From assembly GCF_025526975.1 (NCBI RefSeq), contig NW_026515680.1, positions 62,001 to 126,000 on the forward strand: DNA of 64,000 nt, read 5' to 3'. The notes under the pieces were generated by a model. The model searched no databases. It was not told the DNA's origin and was given only the letters and a program-made list of their open reading frames with translations. This DNA comes from Fimicolochytrium jonesii. Taxonomy: Eukaryota. Below, one piece after another: positions 34,366-47,187 of the stretch. Each line of letters begins with the position of its first letter. Position 1 is the first letter of the stretch. A program made the position numbers and the translations under genes.

Positions 34366-36659
34366 CCTGCAAGCCCTTCCGACGCGTCCCCCTCCACATC
34401 CACACACTATCCAATGGAGGACCCCCTCGCCTCGCAGGCTCGCTCACCCACCCATCCGACCAACGTTCCTTACGCTTCTCTCCAAGCGCAGTGCTTCGAC
34501 CCATATCCGCGGAGGCTCCTTGAGAAAGCAGAAAAAACCCAACATGGCCGTCTTTGGAGTAGTCCTTTGCCAAGGAAATACCGGACTGCATCTCGCAAGT
34601 GGGAGACACAACGTCACCCGTGAATGCATTCCCGAGGCCTCATTCATACAGTATATACTATACAGTGGTATGCTGTGCGTATGTGCGGCCCCATGACTTG
34701 CCTTGCGTAATGGCATTCACGCATCGCGGAATTCGTACTAACATGGACTGGACCTCGGCTCTCGGAATTCGGGTCTCAACGGAGTCGGATGTCAGTCGTC
34801 GGTCGTATGGAGGATTTGCTCCACACCGACATCATCGTTCTTTCCTTATTGGCCAGCACATCACGAGACTTCAAATTCATACATCAACACAACGATGCGA
34901 TATGGGGGCACATCCAATGTCTCGTTTTCATGGCAGTGATGAGGGCTCTGATGAGTCTGATCCACGGAGAGAATCCATGTTGGTCGAGTCACCGTCGAGC
35001 CATCCTGCGTTGACCGAAGGTTGGCTCCCGAGAAGAACGGAGCCGATGGAAGGAAGGAACACAACGTGACTGACAGCCGGGGAGACCTCAGCCATGATTG
35101 CATGACGTAAGGTCTAAGCCACGTAGCCCTGGTTCCGAAATGAGGTCCCTGAGAGCCCGAGACGCTTTCAGACGATGGCCATCAAGATCTGTCAGTGACT
35201 TTCTGCATATTAGTAGAAGACACAGCATTGCCCACGAATGTGCCACTCACGCAGCGACGTACTCTTTTCAAGCGTCGAACAGCCCCCATCAGACCCCACG
35301 CCGAAGATTTCGGAACGTTGTGTGCGTCCAGTCAGCCACGCGACTCGGTCCTCCAGCCCCATGATGCTCTGGAAACCCGTCATGTCGGTCGGACCCCCTT
35401 GTGCTTGGACTTAAGTCCGAGGGGCTCAAACGGACGACGATTACATTTTCAATGGGAGAATCTCGCCGGTGGATTTTAGAAGTGGCGCGTCGTCGACGGC
35501 ATTGGGTTCACACACATATTATAGCAGCATAGGAGGAAATAGCGTCGGCTCAGGAGATTGCGGCAACATAACCCGTTTACTGGGCCGTCACGAAGCTCCG
35601 GTGTCACCGAAAGGTTGCGAGCCATGTCTCAGGAGATTTGAAAATACCAGATTCGGGCGTTTCGATAGCTGAAAAAAATAGGAGCTATTGCTCGTTAGGA
35701 GGACCAATCGTCCTACGCGGAGTAGGAAGAAATGCCGCTGAAGTGAGAGATGCTTGGATATTAGGCAGGACTGCTGATAGCTACACTTGCCCTGGTTGAT
35801 CCGGGAATTCAAAAGATCTCACAAACGACGCAAAATCCCACCGGCAGCGTACCATTCATGTCAAGTCAAACCCATATGAAGTGCACTCGAAATGACGCAC
35901 TCCATCCCAGACGGCACGGCAGCACAAACGACGGAGCAGAAGTAAAACGCGAGGAGACGAGCGCGAGGTTATCCTCTCCCTCACGCACCCACTTTATCGG
36001 TATCCGTGCATACTGCAGACCTGAAAGTGAGGATTTCAGGCGAGGTGCTACCCGACCAATGGAAACACTTGCTTTGCCCAGACATCCCGCCCTCCTGGAG
36101 ACGCCCCAACGGAAAGGTAATACTGAAGGTATCGATCCGGCAACTGACAAACTGATGGATACACATGCTTTGCCTAGACATTCAGCAAAAGAACGTCGAA
36201 TGTATGAAATACATGGACGAATACAAGCCAACACGTCTGCGGTAGAAACCTAGCGCTTTACGTTTACCTAAGAATAACGCCGCCACGTGAGGTATGATAA
36301 GATGAGAGTCTCGAGATCTGCTTGCCTGGCTTGCCAGAGACCGGTAGGGCTTCTGGAGACTGCACAAAGGTGTCGTTCGAAGCTCTCCAAACGGATCCGA
36401 ACATCAGTTGTCAGTAGTACCAGCGAGAAAGACTTCGACACCATTTCGAAGGTCTACCTGGCAGGCCGCAGGGACCTTTAAGACTGTCAAAAGCCCGTAA
36501 ATATGCACTGATGGGGAGACATCGGACGAGAGATCATTCCCATGCCCAACTCCCCAACTGTGGCAAGGCGATCAGAATTTGGCGGGTCTCTGAAACCGGG
36601 CATGACAGAAAACGCACCATATTCTTACGCATCCAAAGCTCCGAAGCTCCGAACATCCT

Positions 36660-37131
36660 AGCAACATCAGGGATCTGCACCATGCCGCACACATACCCAT
36701 ACCCGGTGAAATGCCTACTCAGCTCTGAAAGCGATGTGAATAAGCACTCGAAAGTCATGTTCGAGTATTCCTACGAGAGACCGTTTTCAGGGCCTCCACC
36801 GTCTGGCTGTGGCCTGGGGAGTCGAAATTTCCGGAGATGCGTCAATCAGCACTTGAAAGGAATACAGACGCAAAGTTTGGTGTCCAAGGGCCAACTGCAA
36901 GAACACATGGAAATCAATCACCCCGACGCAAAGGACGAAAAGTATTCATTTGCGAAAGCGAGTTGGAGACGCATAGAATTGTTTTTCAGGTATTCCGCCG
37001 CGAGACCTGTCCCATGTCGTACTCCGAACTTTACACTCTTTGCCGCCTGCACTTGGTTCACACAAGGAGAAAGAAGATACAAGTACCCTACGGCCAACTG
37101 CAGGAGCAGCTATACAGACATACAAGTTTGA
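36660..37131 (+). pseudogene. Decayed C2H2 zinc-finger gene relic
   Basis: Linker and finger remnants SYERPFSGPPPSGCG, QLQEHMEINHP and QGERRYKYPTANCRSSYT resemble TGERPF/YxCPxxxC..HxxxxH with the first Cys lost. Confidence 0.5.
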
Positions 37132-38530
37132 TGTGACGAAGCACTCTCAAAGCCAATTATTCCGACAATCCCTGCAAGCTTGTTTGCGACAATAATGATT
37201 CCGACAGATTATTGGAATCACCGGAGAGCTTCGCCGCCCACCTTTTGAACTCCACCTCGACAGAAGCGTACCTGGAGAAAATGGCATCAAGCTTGCACTA
37301 CAAGGATCCCGGGTGAGGATGGGTATGATTTCATCACGATGATGACACGGCCGCTATGGAATGGGACCAACCGAGCAAGAAGAATGTGCCGCGCCCGCTT
37401 ATCCAGCTAGGGAGGCGTACGGGGTTGGCATGGTTGAGGAGGCGGTTTGGAGGGAGAGGAGGGGTGCGAATGGGGAGGTCAATGGACGATGCGGGTCTGG
37501 CGCTCGATATGGAATTGGAGGCGGGGAAGCAGGGATTTATGGCGTTTCTGTACAGGCATATTCAACCAGATTTGTGGGTCAATGCTATCGTACTCTTCAC
37601 TTTATCCTCGGTGATTACTTATGGCATTCTTGACTCTTCGAATAAGCACATGGTCGCGGGTACTACCATACTTCGTCGTCGATGTTGTTTTGCATTGCGG
37701 TCACCATCCCCGCATATGCTCATACCACTAGCGGGTCCCAAATCTGTGCTTTGTTGGGCTCTCAGTATCTGGGATCAGACTTCGGCTCGTTGTCACTCCT
37801 CTCCCGTTCCTCATGACGGACCCCAGATATCGACAAAACTTCGACAGTGGCGTCAACAGTTTTAGCAGAACAGCTGTTTAAATGAGAGTCACGTGGGCGC
37901 GGGACTTGAATCTTCGGTCGCTTGCTGGGCTTTCTCAGTGCAGGTCGTCGGAGAAAGCACAGGCATCACGCAGCAGAAGCTAGCAGTAGGTAGGCAGCTA
38001 GACGCAGGAGGATCGCTAACCCCTTCAGCGAAGGACAGCGGCGTGCTATATTGGGAAAGGTCGTCTGTCCTGGTGCAGTCCCTTTCTTCCGACAAGTAGG
38101 CCCTTCGCATGCGGACAAAAAAATAAGCTCGTTTTTCGTGGACTGGCCTTTTTCCCACGCACTTTTTTCCACTCGACATCTTGGGCAGCGATTCGGATCA
38201 CCTACCCTCGAAAGAACTTGCCTTGCTACAACCGGCACGAGTCAGTCGACGCACTCTAGTTGACACGGGGTTCTACTACGAAACATCGGCCGTCAGATCG
38301 GCCACATCCTGCCGATACGGTCCATTTTTGGTCCCGCTCGCCTATGGCATCACCGGGCTACCTGTTGTCTCTCGAGTAGTCTCTTCATTGATGCACGCTC
38401 AGTTCTCGCTCAAATCCGTCCCACATCTCACGCGCAGCGGCCAAATCCGTATCCTCCGTCGACCCACGCCACTCGACGCTAAGGGCGCCGGCAGGACGGG
38501 CATACTGTCGGCGGTCCTTCGCACCCCTTC

Positions 38531-41500
38531 ATGAGCTTCGCGGCGCCTTACTACCGCTTGCTGCCTATAGCGACGTTCGACAGCGTCCGTAAAATTTTTT
38601 CCGCCAACTCTTGTTTTTCTTTGTGTCCTTCCATCCGTCGCAGATACCCTTACCTCACCCGCTCGGGTCGCGTCGCCATCATGGGCGAGCAATGTTTGCG
38701 ATTGCGTGAAATGTGGTCGTCGGCGTACAACAACGCTGGGGTCGTTGAGCGGGAGCGGAGGCTGCTGCAGAAGGGAATCTTAGCATCCGGGAAATCTGCT
38801 GAGTGCGGGCGATCTCGGAGGACCCGGCCTCGCAGTGAGCAGTCCCCGACATGTTTGCAGCATCGACACTTTCATGACTTGCCGAGACCGAATGCCTTAC
38901 CAGCCTCGGAAGCGCGAACGCTTAGATCGGAGGCGAAAGGGCGTCGTTCTGACTCGAAACCGATTCTTGTCGAGCATGCGGCAACCGTAACCGGCGCTAA
39001 CTTGCCGGACGCTTGGACTGCTCTTGCGCTATATTTGAGACAAAAAAACCCGTCGGAGCGCCATGCCTGGAAGTTGTTTGGACGGATAGCCTCAGAGTTT
39101 CGCACAGCATCACAATCGACCGGAATGCAGGGTGATGGAAATTCGAGTCCGGCTGGGCGCTCTATGGAAGTAGCTGTACGGCAACGGCAATGGAATACCC
39201 TAGTGGGACTGATAGCCTTACTACGAGAGCATCCCAACCCGGCAATGGCGGCGCGGCGGATCTACAAGGTGCTTTTATTTATGCGTCGAGTGGAGTTTAC
39301 ACCGTATGAAGGATGTTTTCATATGTTGCTCGTATATGTCACCGGGCTGCGGAGGCCTATAGAAGACATATTCAGGGTCATGGAGAAACTGGGGCGAAAA
39401 GGGTTTGGGGAACCCTCACTGCCCACATGGGTCGCGATATACTACGCATTGTGGAAGGATACGCGACTGGGCGAGCTGGACAGACTCGTCTTGCACATGT
39501 TGGAGACGGGCGTATTCGCCGCGCATCCGGAAACGGCAGCAATTCTCTTTCAATACCATAAGAGGCGGAAAGATTTCAAGGGTGCGCTTCTGCTCTACGA
39601 GACGCTTTTGATGCATGGACACGATGAGCTTCTCTCGCCTTCGGCCTACTCTCAGCTTCTTATATGCGCATCACGTGCGCGTTCAGCAGACGGGGCAGTC
39701 CGCATATTTGCCGATATGCGACGGCGAGGCTTAACTCCGGATAGCCGGGATTTTGGCTCTCTGTTGAGTTCCGTACGGTCGGACCCAGAAAACCGGAGGA
39801 ATTGTATAAAGGAACAGAAGCGACGGGGTTTGAAACCCACCATAGCGACGATTACGATCCTTTTGCAAGCGTCGTTGCGCGAGGCAGGGAGATTCGATCC
39901 TCTCGTCTACCAAGTCTTCAACCAGACATTTTATGTGCGCAGTCTCGAGGTGGATTTGAAACCGGACGTCATCTTCTTCAGCGTAGTCATCAACTATTTT
40001 GTTAAGCATCGACTTGTGGTTGAGGCTCGGCTGGTTTTCGAAGACATGGCACGGCACAATGTCAAACCGGACGCAGGCATTTACGGATCGCTCGCGCAGG
40101 GTTATCTAGCGGCCGGAGACACCGTAGCGGCCGAATACATCCTCCAACTCATGACATGTAACGATCTGACACCGAACCGATACCTGCTGACGAAGGTTAT
40201 CAACGGATACCTTGCCCGCAACGACTTTAAATCCGCAACTCAGGTAGTGGAGCAGATGCGCAAGGTCAAATGGCATGGAGACGCGTTCGTAAAGGATCCA
40301 TACCTCCTCGGGGCGTTCTTAGCGGCGTTTGCGCGGAACGGGGACCCCGACTCTGCCGTCAAGGCGTTTTACGACCTCAAGGACCTGGGACTCCAGCCGG
40401 ACGTGGCCGCTTATACCCAGCTCATCTACTTGTGCAGACATGATTTTGCCCTCGTGCGCTCATTATGGGAGGAAATGGCACAGAGTGGCATCGATATCGA
40501 CGTGCGGGTCTGTCAAAGCTATCTTTACGCTGTCGCACATGCTAATCAGCCGCAGGCGGCATCGTCATCATCATCCGCTACTATCTCCTCCCCAGTCCCG
40601 CCAAGGATGCCTGCCAACAGTGCCGCAACCCACATCCAAACACTCCTGGACGACATCGAAGCGCAGAACATCAAACTCGATATGCCTTTCCTCAGTCAGC
40701 TCATCTTCACGGCCGCCCACCTCGACGATCCCACTACATCCCTCCACATCGCTGAGACGCTCATCACCCGTCTGCGCGCCGCGGGATACAGATTCTCCAC
40801 GTACGCGCACAATCAGATGCTCAATGCCGCTCTCGCTCTGCGGACCGTCCGCACAGCCAACGACGTTGCAGAGGTCTTCGATTATTGTGTCGCGCTGATG
40901 CGGGAGGACGCCGCGATGCCGAATCAACATAGTTACTTGATTGCCGTTAAAGCTTGTTGCGCGAGACAGTTGTGGACCGCCGCGATGGCTTACTACCGCC
41001 AGTTGGTTACGAATGGTCTCGTTTCACCGCCTTCTGTCCCCTCTGCATCATCGGCAACAGACAGCGTGACACATTCATCGGGCGCAACGCTGTCGGCATT
41101 CGCACCCTTGATGGCAGACTGCAGGAAGGCGGTCACACCACACGTGTGGCAGCACCACGTCGCTCTCCTCCAAGAACTTCGGAAAACGGCCGCGGCCACC
41201 GGAACTGCTAATTCAGAGGCCGAACGATGGGCAGACTTTGAACTCGCGATATATGATGCTGTGGAAGATATCGCGAGTTCCGACGCACCTGCCGTCGATG
41301 TTATACCAAGTCCTGCATCGATGACACCGTTATCACCGAGTCCCGCGCGCACTCCATCAATATCACCATCACTTCCACCTCGCACAACGATGCAGCTGGG
41401 CTTGACGCACCCACCACCCGTCGCGAACCCGTACCCGTCTCCGCCCACGGCGCCCGACACGATTTCCCCGGCGTCATCGCCGTTTACGCTTGACCGCCAG

Positions 41501-41662
41501 GCGGAGTTGGAGGAACGTGTACCGCCATCATCATCACCATCGTCGTCACCGGCGGTGTTGGAGGTAGCAAGGAGAGATGAGAAAGTTGGGGAAGCTTGTA
41601 CGGACGCGGAGGGACATGTCAAGCAAGGTGGGGATGTTGAGGCGGTGCGGACTGGGCGGTGA
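38531..41662 (+). CDS. Pentatricopeptide-repeat (PPR) protein, probably mitochondrial
   Basis: Intronless 1043-aa ORF with tandem ~35-aa motifs (AYSQLLICASR..ADGAVRIFADMRRRGLTPD, FSVVINYFVKHRLVVEARLVFEDMARHNVKPD, AVKAFYDLKDLGLQPDVAAYTQLI). True start could be a downstream ATG. Confidence 0.92.
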   Translation: MSFAAPYYRLLPIATFDSVRKIFSANSCFSLCPSIRRRYPYLTRSGRVAIMGEQCLRLREMWSSAYNNAGVVERERRLLQKGILASGKSAECGRSRRTRPRSEQSPTCLQHRHFHDLPRPNALPASEARTLRSEAKGRRSDSKPILVEHAATVTGANLPDAWTALALYLRQKNPSERHAWKLFGRIASEFRTASQSTGMQGDGNSSPAGRSMEVAVRQRQWNTLVGLIALLREHPNPAMAARRIYKVLLFMRRVEFTPYEGCFHMLLVYVTGLRRPIEDIFRVMEKLGRKGFGEPSLPTWVAIYYALWKDTRLGELDRLVLHMLETGVFAAHPETAAILFQYHKRRKDFKGALLLYETLLMHGHDELLSPSAYSQLLICASRARSADGAVRIFADMRRRGLTPDSRDFGSLLSSVRSDPENRRNCIKEQKRRGLKPTIATITILLQASLREAGRFDPLVYQVFNQTFYVRSLEVDLKPDVIFFSVVINYFVKHRLVVEARLVFEDMARHNVKPDAGIYGSLAQGYLAAGDTVAAEYILQLMTCNDLTPNRYLLTKVINGYLARNDFKSATQVVEQMRKVKWHGDAFVKDPYLLGAFLAAFARNGDPDSAVKAFYDLKDLGLQPDVAAYTQLIYLCRHDFALVRSLWEEMAQSGIDIDVRVCQSYLYAVAHANQPQAASSSSSATISSPVPPRMPANSAATHIQTLLDDIEAQNIKLDMPFLSQLIFTAAHLDDPTTSLHIAETLITRLRAAGYRFSTYAHNQMLNAALALRTVRTANDVAEVFDYCVALMREDAAMPNQHSYLIAVKACCARQLWTAAMAYYRQLVTNGLVSPPSVPSASSATDSVTHSSGATLSAFAPLMADCRKAVTPHVWQHHVALLQELRKTAAATGTANSEAERWADFELAIYDAVEDIASSDAPAVDVIPSPASMTPLSPSPARTPSISPSLPPRTTMQLGLTHPPPVANPYPSPPTAPDTISPASSPFTLDRQAELEERVPPSSSPSSSPAVLEVARRDEKVGEACTDAEGHVKQGGDVEAVRTGR

Positions 41663-42683
41663 GGATCGCTGCATGCTGTGCTGCGTATTGTCTGACCGTC
41701 TGGTTGGACTCGCAACAGTGCAATGTAGAGCAGCATTTCCCATGAGAGCGGTGCCCCAACCTACGTACGGACGTCGGCTGCGAATCAGGAATTGATGGTG
41801 AAAGGCCCGGAGGGCTCAATCGGAGCATCGGGCGCCACCTCCAACGCGCGTGGAACAGCAGTCGAACAGGGAATAAGGAAGCGATGTTGATGCAATGGCC
41901 CGGCGACGAGGCGCAGATATCTATTGCCGCTCGATCCTGAAAATGGGAAACATCCACATCAACCGCACCAGACGATGCCCGGGCCGCGTTGCGCGGAATC
42001 CAACACCACGCCCCGCCGTCTTTGCGACCGACATGTGTACGCAACGCGAATCGTATGTGCCTCGCCTTCCCAACGATCCCTCGCTGCGATACCAGCCAAC
42101 CCCGCACGTCAACACAACACACCGCCTCCGTATATGTACAGCCGCCCCAGGAGGGTTGAGACCCACACCTGCTCCCGTCCTGTGCACTCCACTCCCACCC
42201 ATCCTATCTTAGACCCTCGCAACCACACACTCAGGCTGATGCGTGTATACTGCATACCTACAGTTCTCCGTAATTTAATACATACATGCGCTGAAGAGAA
42301 GATCCATTCTAAGGCTTTTGCACATTGTCTGCCTTCTGCAAATGATGATTTGTGAACGAACCAATGTCTACCATCTACCACTGCACTGAACTCGCCAAGT
42401 CGCCCTACTATACAGCATGAAAGGGGGATCGAATCTATTCTCATGCAGATCCCACCCTCTTGCTTTTCCCCGACGGGCCAGCGCAGGCAGAGGGGCATAG
42501 TGCAGGGCGCATCAACCGAACTGGCGTTGAGAGGGACGTGGTCAAAAAGGTATATTCCGCTCCCCAACGACCTGGCTCGATCCGCCATCACTCCTCATCT
42601 GGCCCAAGTTCACCGGCATCCCCAAATCGGCCATAAATCACATCCGACAATAAAGCGATCAAATCATCGCATCCCCACCGCCC

Positions 42684-42940
42684 GACTCGAGCGCAACCTC
42701 GTCGTCCATCTCAACAGTCCCCCGCTCGGCTCTCGTCTCCATCGATTTCCCTTTGCTCAACGCCTGACTCGAGCGCACCCTCTTCGTCCATCTCAACAGT
42801 CCCCCGCTCGGCTCTCGTCTGCATCGATTTCCCTTCGCTCAACGCCTGACTCGAGCGCACCGTCGTCGTTCATCTCAACAGTCCCCCGCTCGGCTCTCGT
42901 CTCCATTGATTTCCCTTTTGTCACAGCCTGACTCGAGCGC
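42684..42940. repeat. 82-bp tandem repeat, ~3.1 copies
   Basis: Unit starts gactcgagcgc at 42684, 42766, 42848 and 42930. Confidence 0.95.
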
Positions 42941-45756
42941 TGCATCGTCGCTGGCCGGGACCGGGAGGTGAGCGCGGATTCGATGAGCCCGGCGGACATG
43001 GCGCGGTAGGAGGCGCCTGCTATCCACGCGAAATTCTGTGTGGGGGGTGGTCATGAGCTCGTGCACGGTTTTTAGAGGCACACAGATGAGAAAAACAAAA
43101 GGGTCGAGAAAACGAACGAGGGCGTGGACTTGGGGAGTGTAGCAACGTACCAGGTCATACCACATGAAACTCCACAGACCGTATTTGGAGCTGAGCCCCA
43201 GGATGCCGTCCAGGAGGGCGTTGAGGGAGAGGAGCAGCCATCTGTGATGTCGAATGTGATGGGGTGTTGCAAACAAAAAAAAAAACGAGGTCAAAGCGAA
43301 GGCAGCATGCGTATCCCCTCCGCTGCATCCAACCCCCATCCCCGGGCATGCAACCCAGTCGCCCAAACCCTCCCAAACCCGTACCAAAAACCTACCCAAC
43401 AACAGTAGCCAACATCAAATTCCTGATCGTCGCCGTAACACCCCCCTTCCTCCTCCTTCTCCCTATCTTCCCAAAATCCGGATTGCTCCTCCCCGCTCCA
43501 CCACCGACTGTCGAGATCCCCGGTGTCGACGCGACCATCTGGCGCCCTTTGTCGAGGGTTGAGGAGAGTCTGTGGCCGGAGTAGAGGATGCCCAGGGCGT
43601 GGATGACGAGGCAGGTGAACATCGAGTAGAGGTTGGTTGCGTTGAACTAGCGGGGGGAAAGCGGAGGGCGACCGACGGGGGGGATGAAATAAGACGAGGG
43701 GTGATTTTGGTGGGTTGATAGACAGGCGCGGATGGGGGGGAGCGGATGAGGAAGAGACGCACCTTGTAAAACACCTCAAGATCCTCCAACGTTTTAGCCG
43801 TAATCAGCCGCCCCGTGTACGTGCTCATGAGCGGCGGGAACCAGACCATGGATGCGATGACGAAGTACCTAATCCCAACATTCACATGTTTAGCTCGTCT
43901 ACCCCAGTTGATCTCCGGTGATTTCTTACACCCCCGTACCTGTACGCCTTGGTTGCGAACGTGCGAAGCGGGGAGGTTTGCATTCCCGCGTCGGTTGTGA
44001 TCTGCGGGGTGGTAGGGGTGGTGATGAGACCCGCATGAGAAGATCTCCGTGGTGCAAAGGGATCGACGGGGTGATTCCCACCTGCATCCATTTTAGTAAC
44101 ATTAGACTTAGCGCTTCGTAGCCGCATACGAAGCCGACGCTGCAGTATGAGAACGCAAAGTTAGCGTCAGATCCCTGTAAACTCTAATAGTAGAAATTCC
44201 GATGTGATCACTCACCATTGATAAACCAGGTACTGTCCCGTCCCGGACAGCGGCAGCTCGTAGCTGTGTGCGCGGACGGTTACGAATTGGATGTGGAATG
44301 CGACTACGCCTGGATTGCGTTGGATTATTGGGCGGTTCTAATACGTGGAGTGTGAATGAAGAGAAACAGGAGTGGACGTACATGCGGTCCATGAGAAGAT
44401 CCCAGCGTAAATGCCCCACTGCCAAAAAAAAAGTAAGACGGCTGCCTCCAGTATCTACCAAAAAAAAAAAGCCAGACCGACCAACCTTCAAATTAAACGA
44501 AAACCCCTCCTTATACAACGTCAGTCCCATCGTCCTATGAACATCGCCAAAAGTCAAGACAAACCCCAGCATTCCCGCAAATCCTTCCCCCTTGTGGTGC
44601 CACGCACATACATAGCTTCGAAAAGAAGAAACGAGAGACTGATACCGAGCCGCGCACACATGTATATATCCATGCCGCGGGATTGCATGTAGGGTGTCAT
44701 GTACTCCAGGGCGCCGTCTGGATCAATCAAGAGCATCGGTATGGTGTGCGAGTGGTTGATGTTGGATGACGAGCGTTTGAATGGGGAAACCTTACCGGAA
44801 TCGACCTGATACGTCAAGACGTTGTTGAGCGCGAAGGAGGCGAAGGTTTGGTAGTCGAGCCCCGTCTCGGGGACCAGGGAGGCGCTTTCCTACGGTCATG
44901 GGGCATATTGAGATTCGCATAAATCGTGTCCTTTCGGCTCGGACTTTGAACTGCACTGATGACTGACCTCATATGTGAAGCCGTACCAGCTGCTGGCACG
45001 GGCGAAGACGGGGTCTGGGCAGCACTGTTTATGGACCTGTAACAGTCACAAGAAGTCCCAGTCAGACACCGTTGATTGATTATAAGGTCTTTTGCTTTGC
45101 GCAAAGCCCTACCCGAACTCACCGGCCCTAACTGCATGTACAGCGCAACTTGCGGGCGCGTGGAGGGAGCGGAGCAGGGCAGGATGCCTGGGGTGGCGAG
45201 TAGCTCGGCGATGCTGGTTCCATTGGGGCATGTTTGATGCCATCCGTTGGCCTGCTCACGGAGCCCAAGTTACGATGAGAGGTGAGACCCAGGCAATCGA
45301 TCCATCCCTCCCTCTCGCACCAAGATCCACCTCCCCACACCCCCCAAAAAACATTAAGTCCCCTACCCATGCAACAGCCCCATACCGCCCACACCCCGCC
45401 GCCAACAAATCCCTCACATCAAAAAACCCAATGACTGGATCCATCCCCGTCGTCGGATCCAGCACGGGCACCACTGCCCCCGTTATCGGGTCGGGTAAAT
45501 ACGTCACATTGTAAGTTTTGATCCTGCATGGTCCCAATGGCGAGTCGGCCGGGTGGAAGATGGCGGTATTGAGGAAACTAGTTGCGTTGTAGGTGTGGGT
45601 GTGCAGCGGGAAGTCGATGTTTTGGACGGAGGGGACGTTGGTGGCGGGCTGGAAGGTTGTTGTGAGGATGGGGGTCACGGTTGCGCTTGTGGGTAGGGAT
45701 AAGGTGAGGAGGAGGAGGAGGATTGTTGATGTTGAGAGTGGTATGAGGATTAGCAT
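42793..45756 (-). CDS. Multi-exon membrane protein: signal peptide, Cys-containing ectodomain, several TM helices (receptor-like, function unknown)
   Basis: N-terminal MLILIPLSTSTILLLLLTLSLPTSA, ectodomain exons (GPCRIK, AAGCGRYG, HQTCPNG, KQCCPD), hydrophobic exons (IRYFVIASMVWFPPLM, MFTCLVIHALGILYSG, IRNLMLATVVG, WLLLSLNALLDGILGL, NFAWIAGASYRAMSAGLIE). Internal exon boundaries only partly resolved. Confidence 0.65.
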
Positions 45757-47187
45757 TTTGAAAGCGCCAAGAATCAAATGGGGTTAGTGTCTCGTTCTGC
45801 AGACACCAAATACTCGCAAATTGTGGAAATTTAACGGCAACCACATCATACGTCGCAGTGGACAATGTATTTCTCTGTGATTGCGCTCATTTCCTGTTTC
45901 CCGCTCGCGGCTCGGTCCGGCTCTCCGAGGTTTGCGCCGGATTCCAAGAATGAATGAGGTCCCGGCTCGTTGTACAGTACATAGCTTAAACTTGACTAGC
46001 ACTACTACTCGGGACCCTTTGGAACTGGGTAGGCGTAGCTCGGTCCGGCGGCGTTGAATTCGAATTCTAATGCGGACAACCATCTTTGGAATTTTTACTC
46101 AATACTGAACCTTTTCTAAGTATCCGCCAATTGGGAAAGAACACGGACACAATAGTACCTTTCAACGGAGCTGCATATTGCGGAAGGAAGCAGGATAGGA
46201 AGGGCATCACGCCAAGTGAGTAAGCGTCCAGGGGCAGAGAGCACCCTGCCAGGATTCCAGGAAGTCCGCCAAGGGCTGAGTCGGGCTGAAATGCACGCCA
46301 CACCTCACGCTGTCGAATATCGTCAATGCACGTGACCGGGCGCGAGTTCTTTTTCCATGGAGGAGGTGCGTGGATAGTAGCTGCGATAGAGAAGCCTGCC
46401 AGTCCTGGATGGGGCGCAAATATACGAGGGCGGAATGAAACACCAGGGTGCATAGGGTGCGCCGTGGAACCCCGGATAGTTCTCCCTCGGATCTCCCTCA
46501 TGAAGGGGGACCGCGGGAGAGGAGAGAGCGAGTTCAACGCGTGGACGGACCGAGACTGGACTGACTGCCTGACTGACTGACAGGTTCCACGCGCCTGCCT
46601 CGCCCTCCCTCAAAGCCGTGTGGTTCCCGATCCACGTAAATTTTTGCTTACTTCCAACGCCCCTCTGAGAAATGCGTTGCCTTTGGCCGCAAGGAACAAC
46701 CTCCCACGCCCACGCATCAACAGGCGCCCACCCGCCCAGCTCCCATGTTATATATTATAGATATATATCCGGCGACCCCTTGTACAGTTATCATGGATGT
46801 GTAAAGGTCAATAGATACCCCCCCCGTATCAGCGAACTATCTACATACGGAGCCGCTTCGCTTGACTCCGGCGCTTTTTTTTGTGGACTTCCTGTACAGT
46901 ACAGCGTCCACACTACTGGGGTGCCCCTGAAACGCCTGCCCGTGGGAAAAAAGACAAGCCGGCCCGCTAACGCGCGACATTCCGCCCGTTCCCCGCTTGC
47001 AATTCAGCCCGTGTGCGGAGTTTCGAGTTCTCACGGACTGTACATACATCGGTCTTGTATCGTGTATAGCCTTGCATTCCCCGGCGTTGAGTAGCTTCAT
47101 AAGCTGACCGGCGACAGAACGGCGACGGCACTCACAAAAGACCGCTCCCATACCATTCCGATACTTTCGCATAAAAACGGCACCAAA

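Noticed and set aside
37250..37865. ORF with a hydrophobic stretch (LWVNAIVLFTLSSVITYGIL)
   Set aside because: No coherent exon structure or family; probably a relic, too weak to call.
42342..42390. ATGATGA...CTGA resembling box C/D snoRNA ends
   Set aside because: Only ~48 nt, no terminal stem and no recognisable rRNA antisense element.
42684..42940. Regularly spaced repeat as a possible CRISPR array
   Set aside because: Whole 82-bp units repeat with no unique spacers, there are no cas genes, and the context is eukaryotic.
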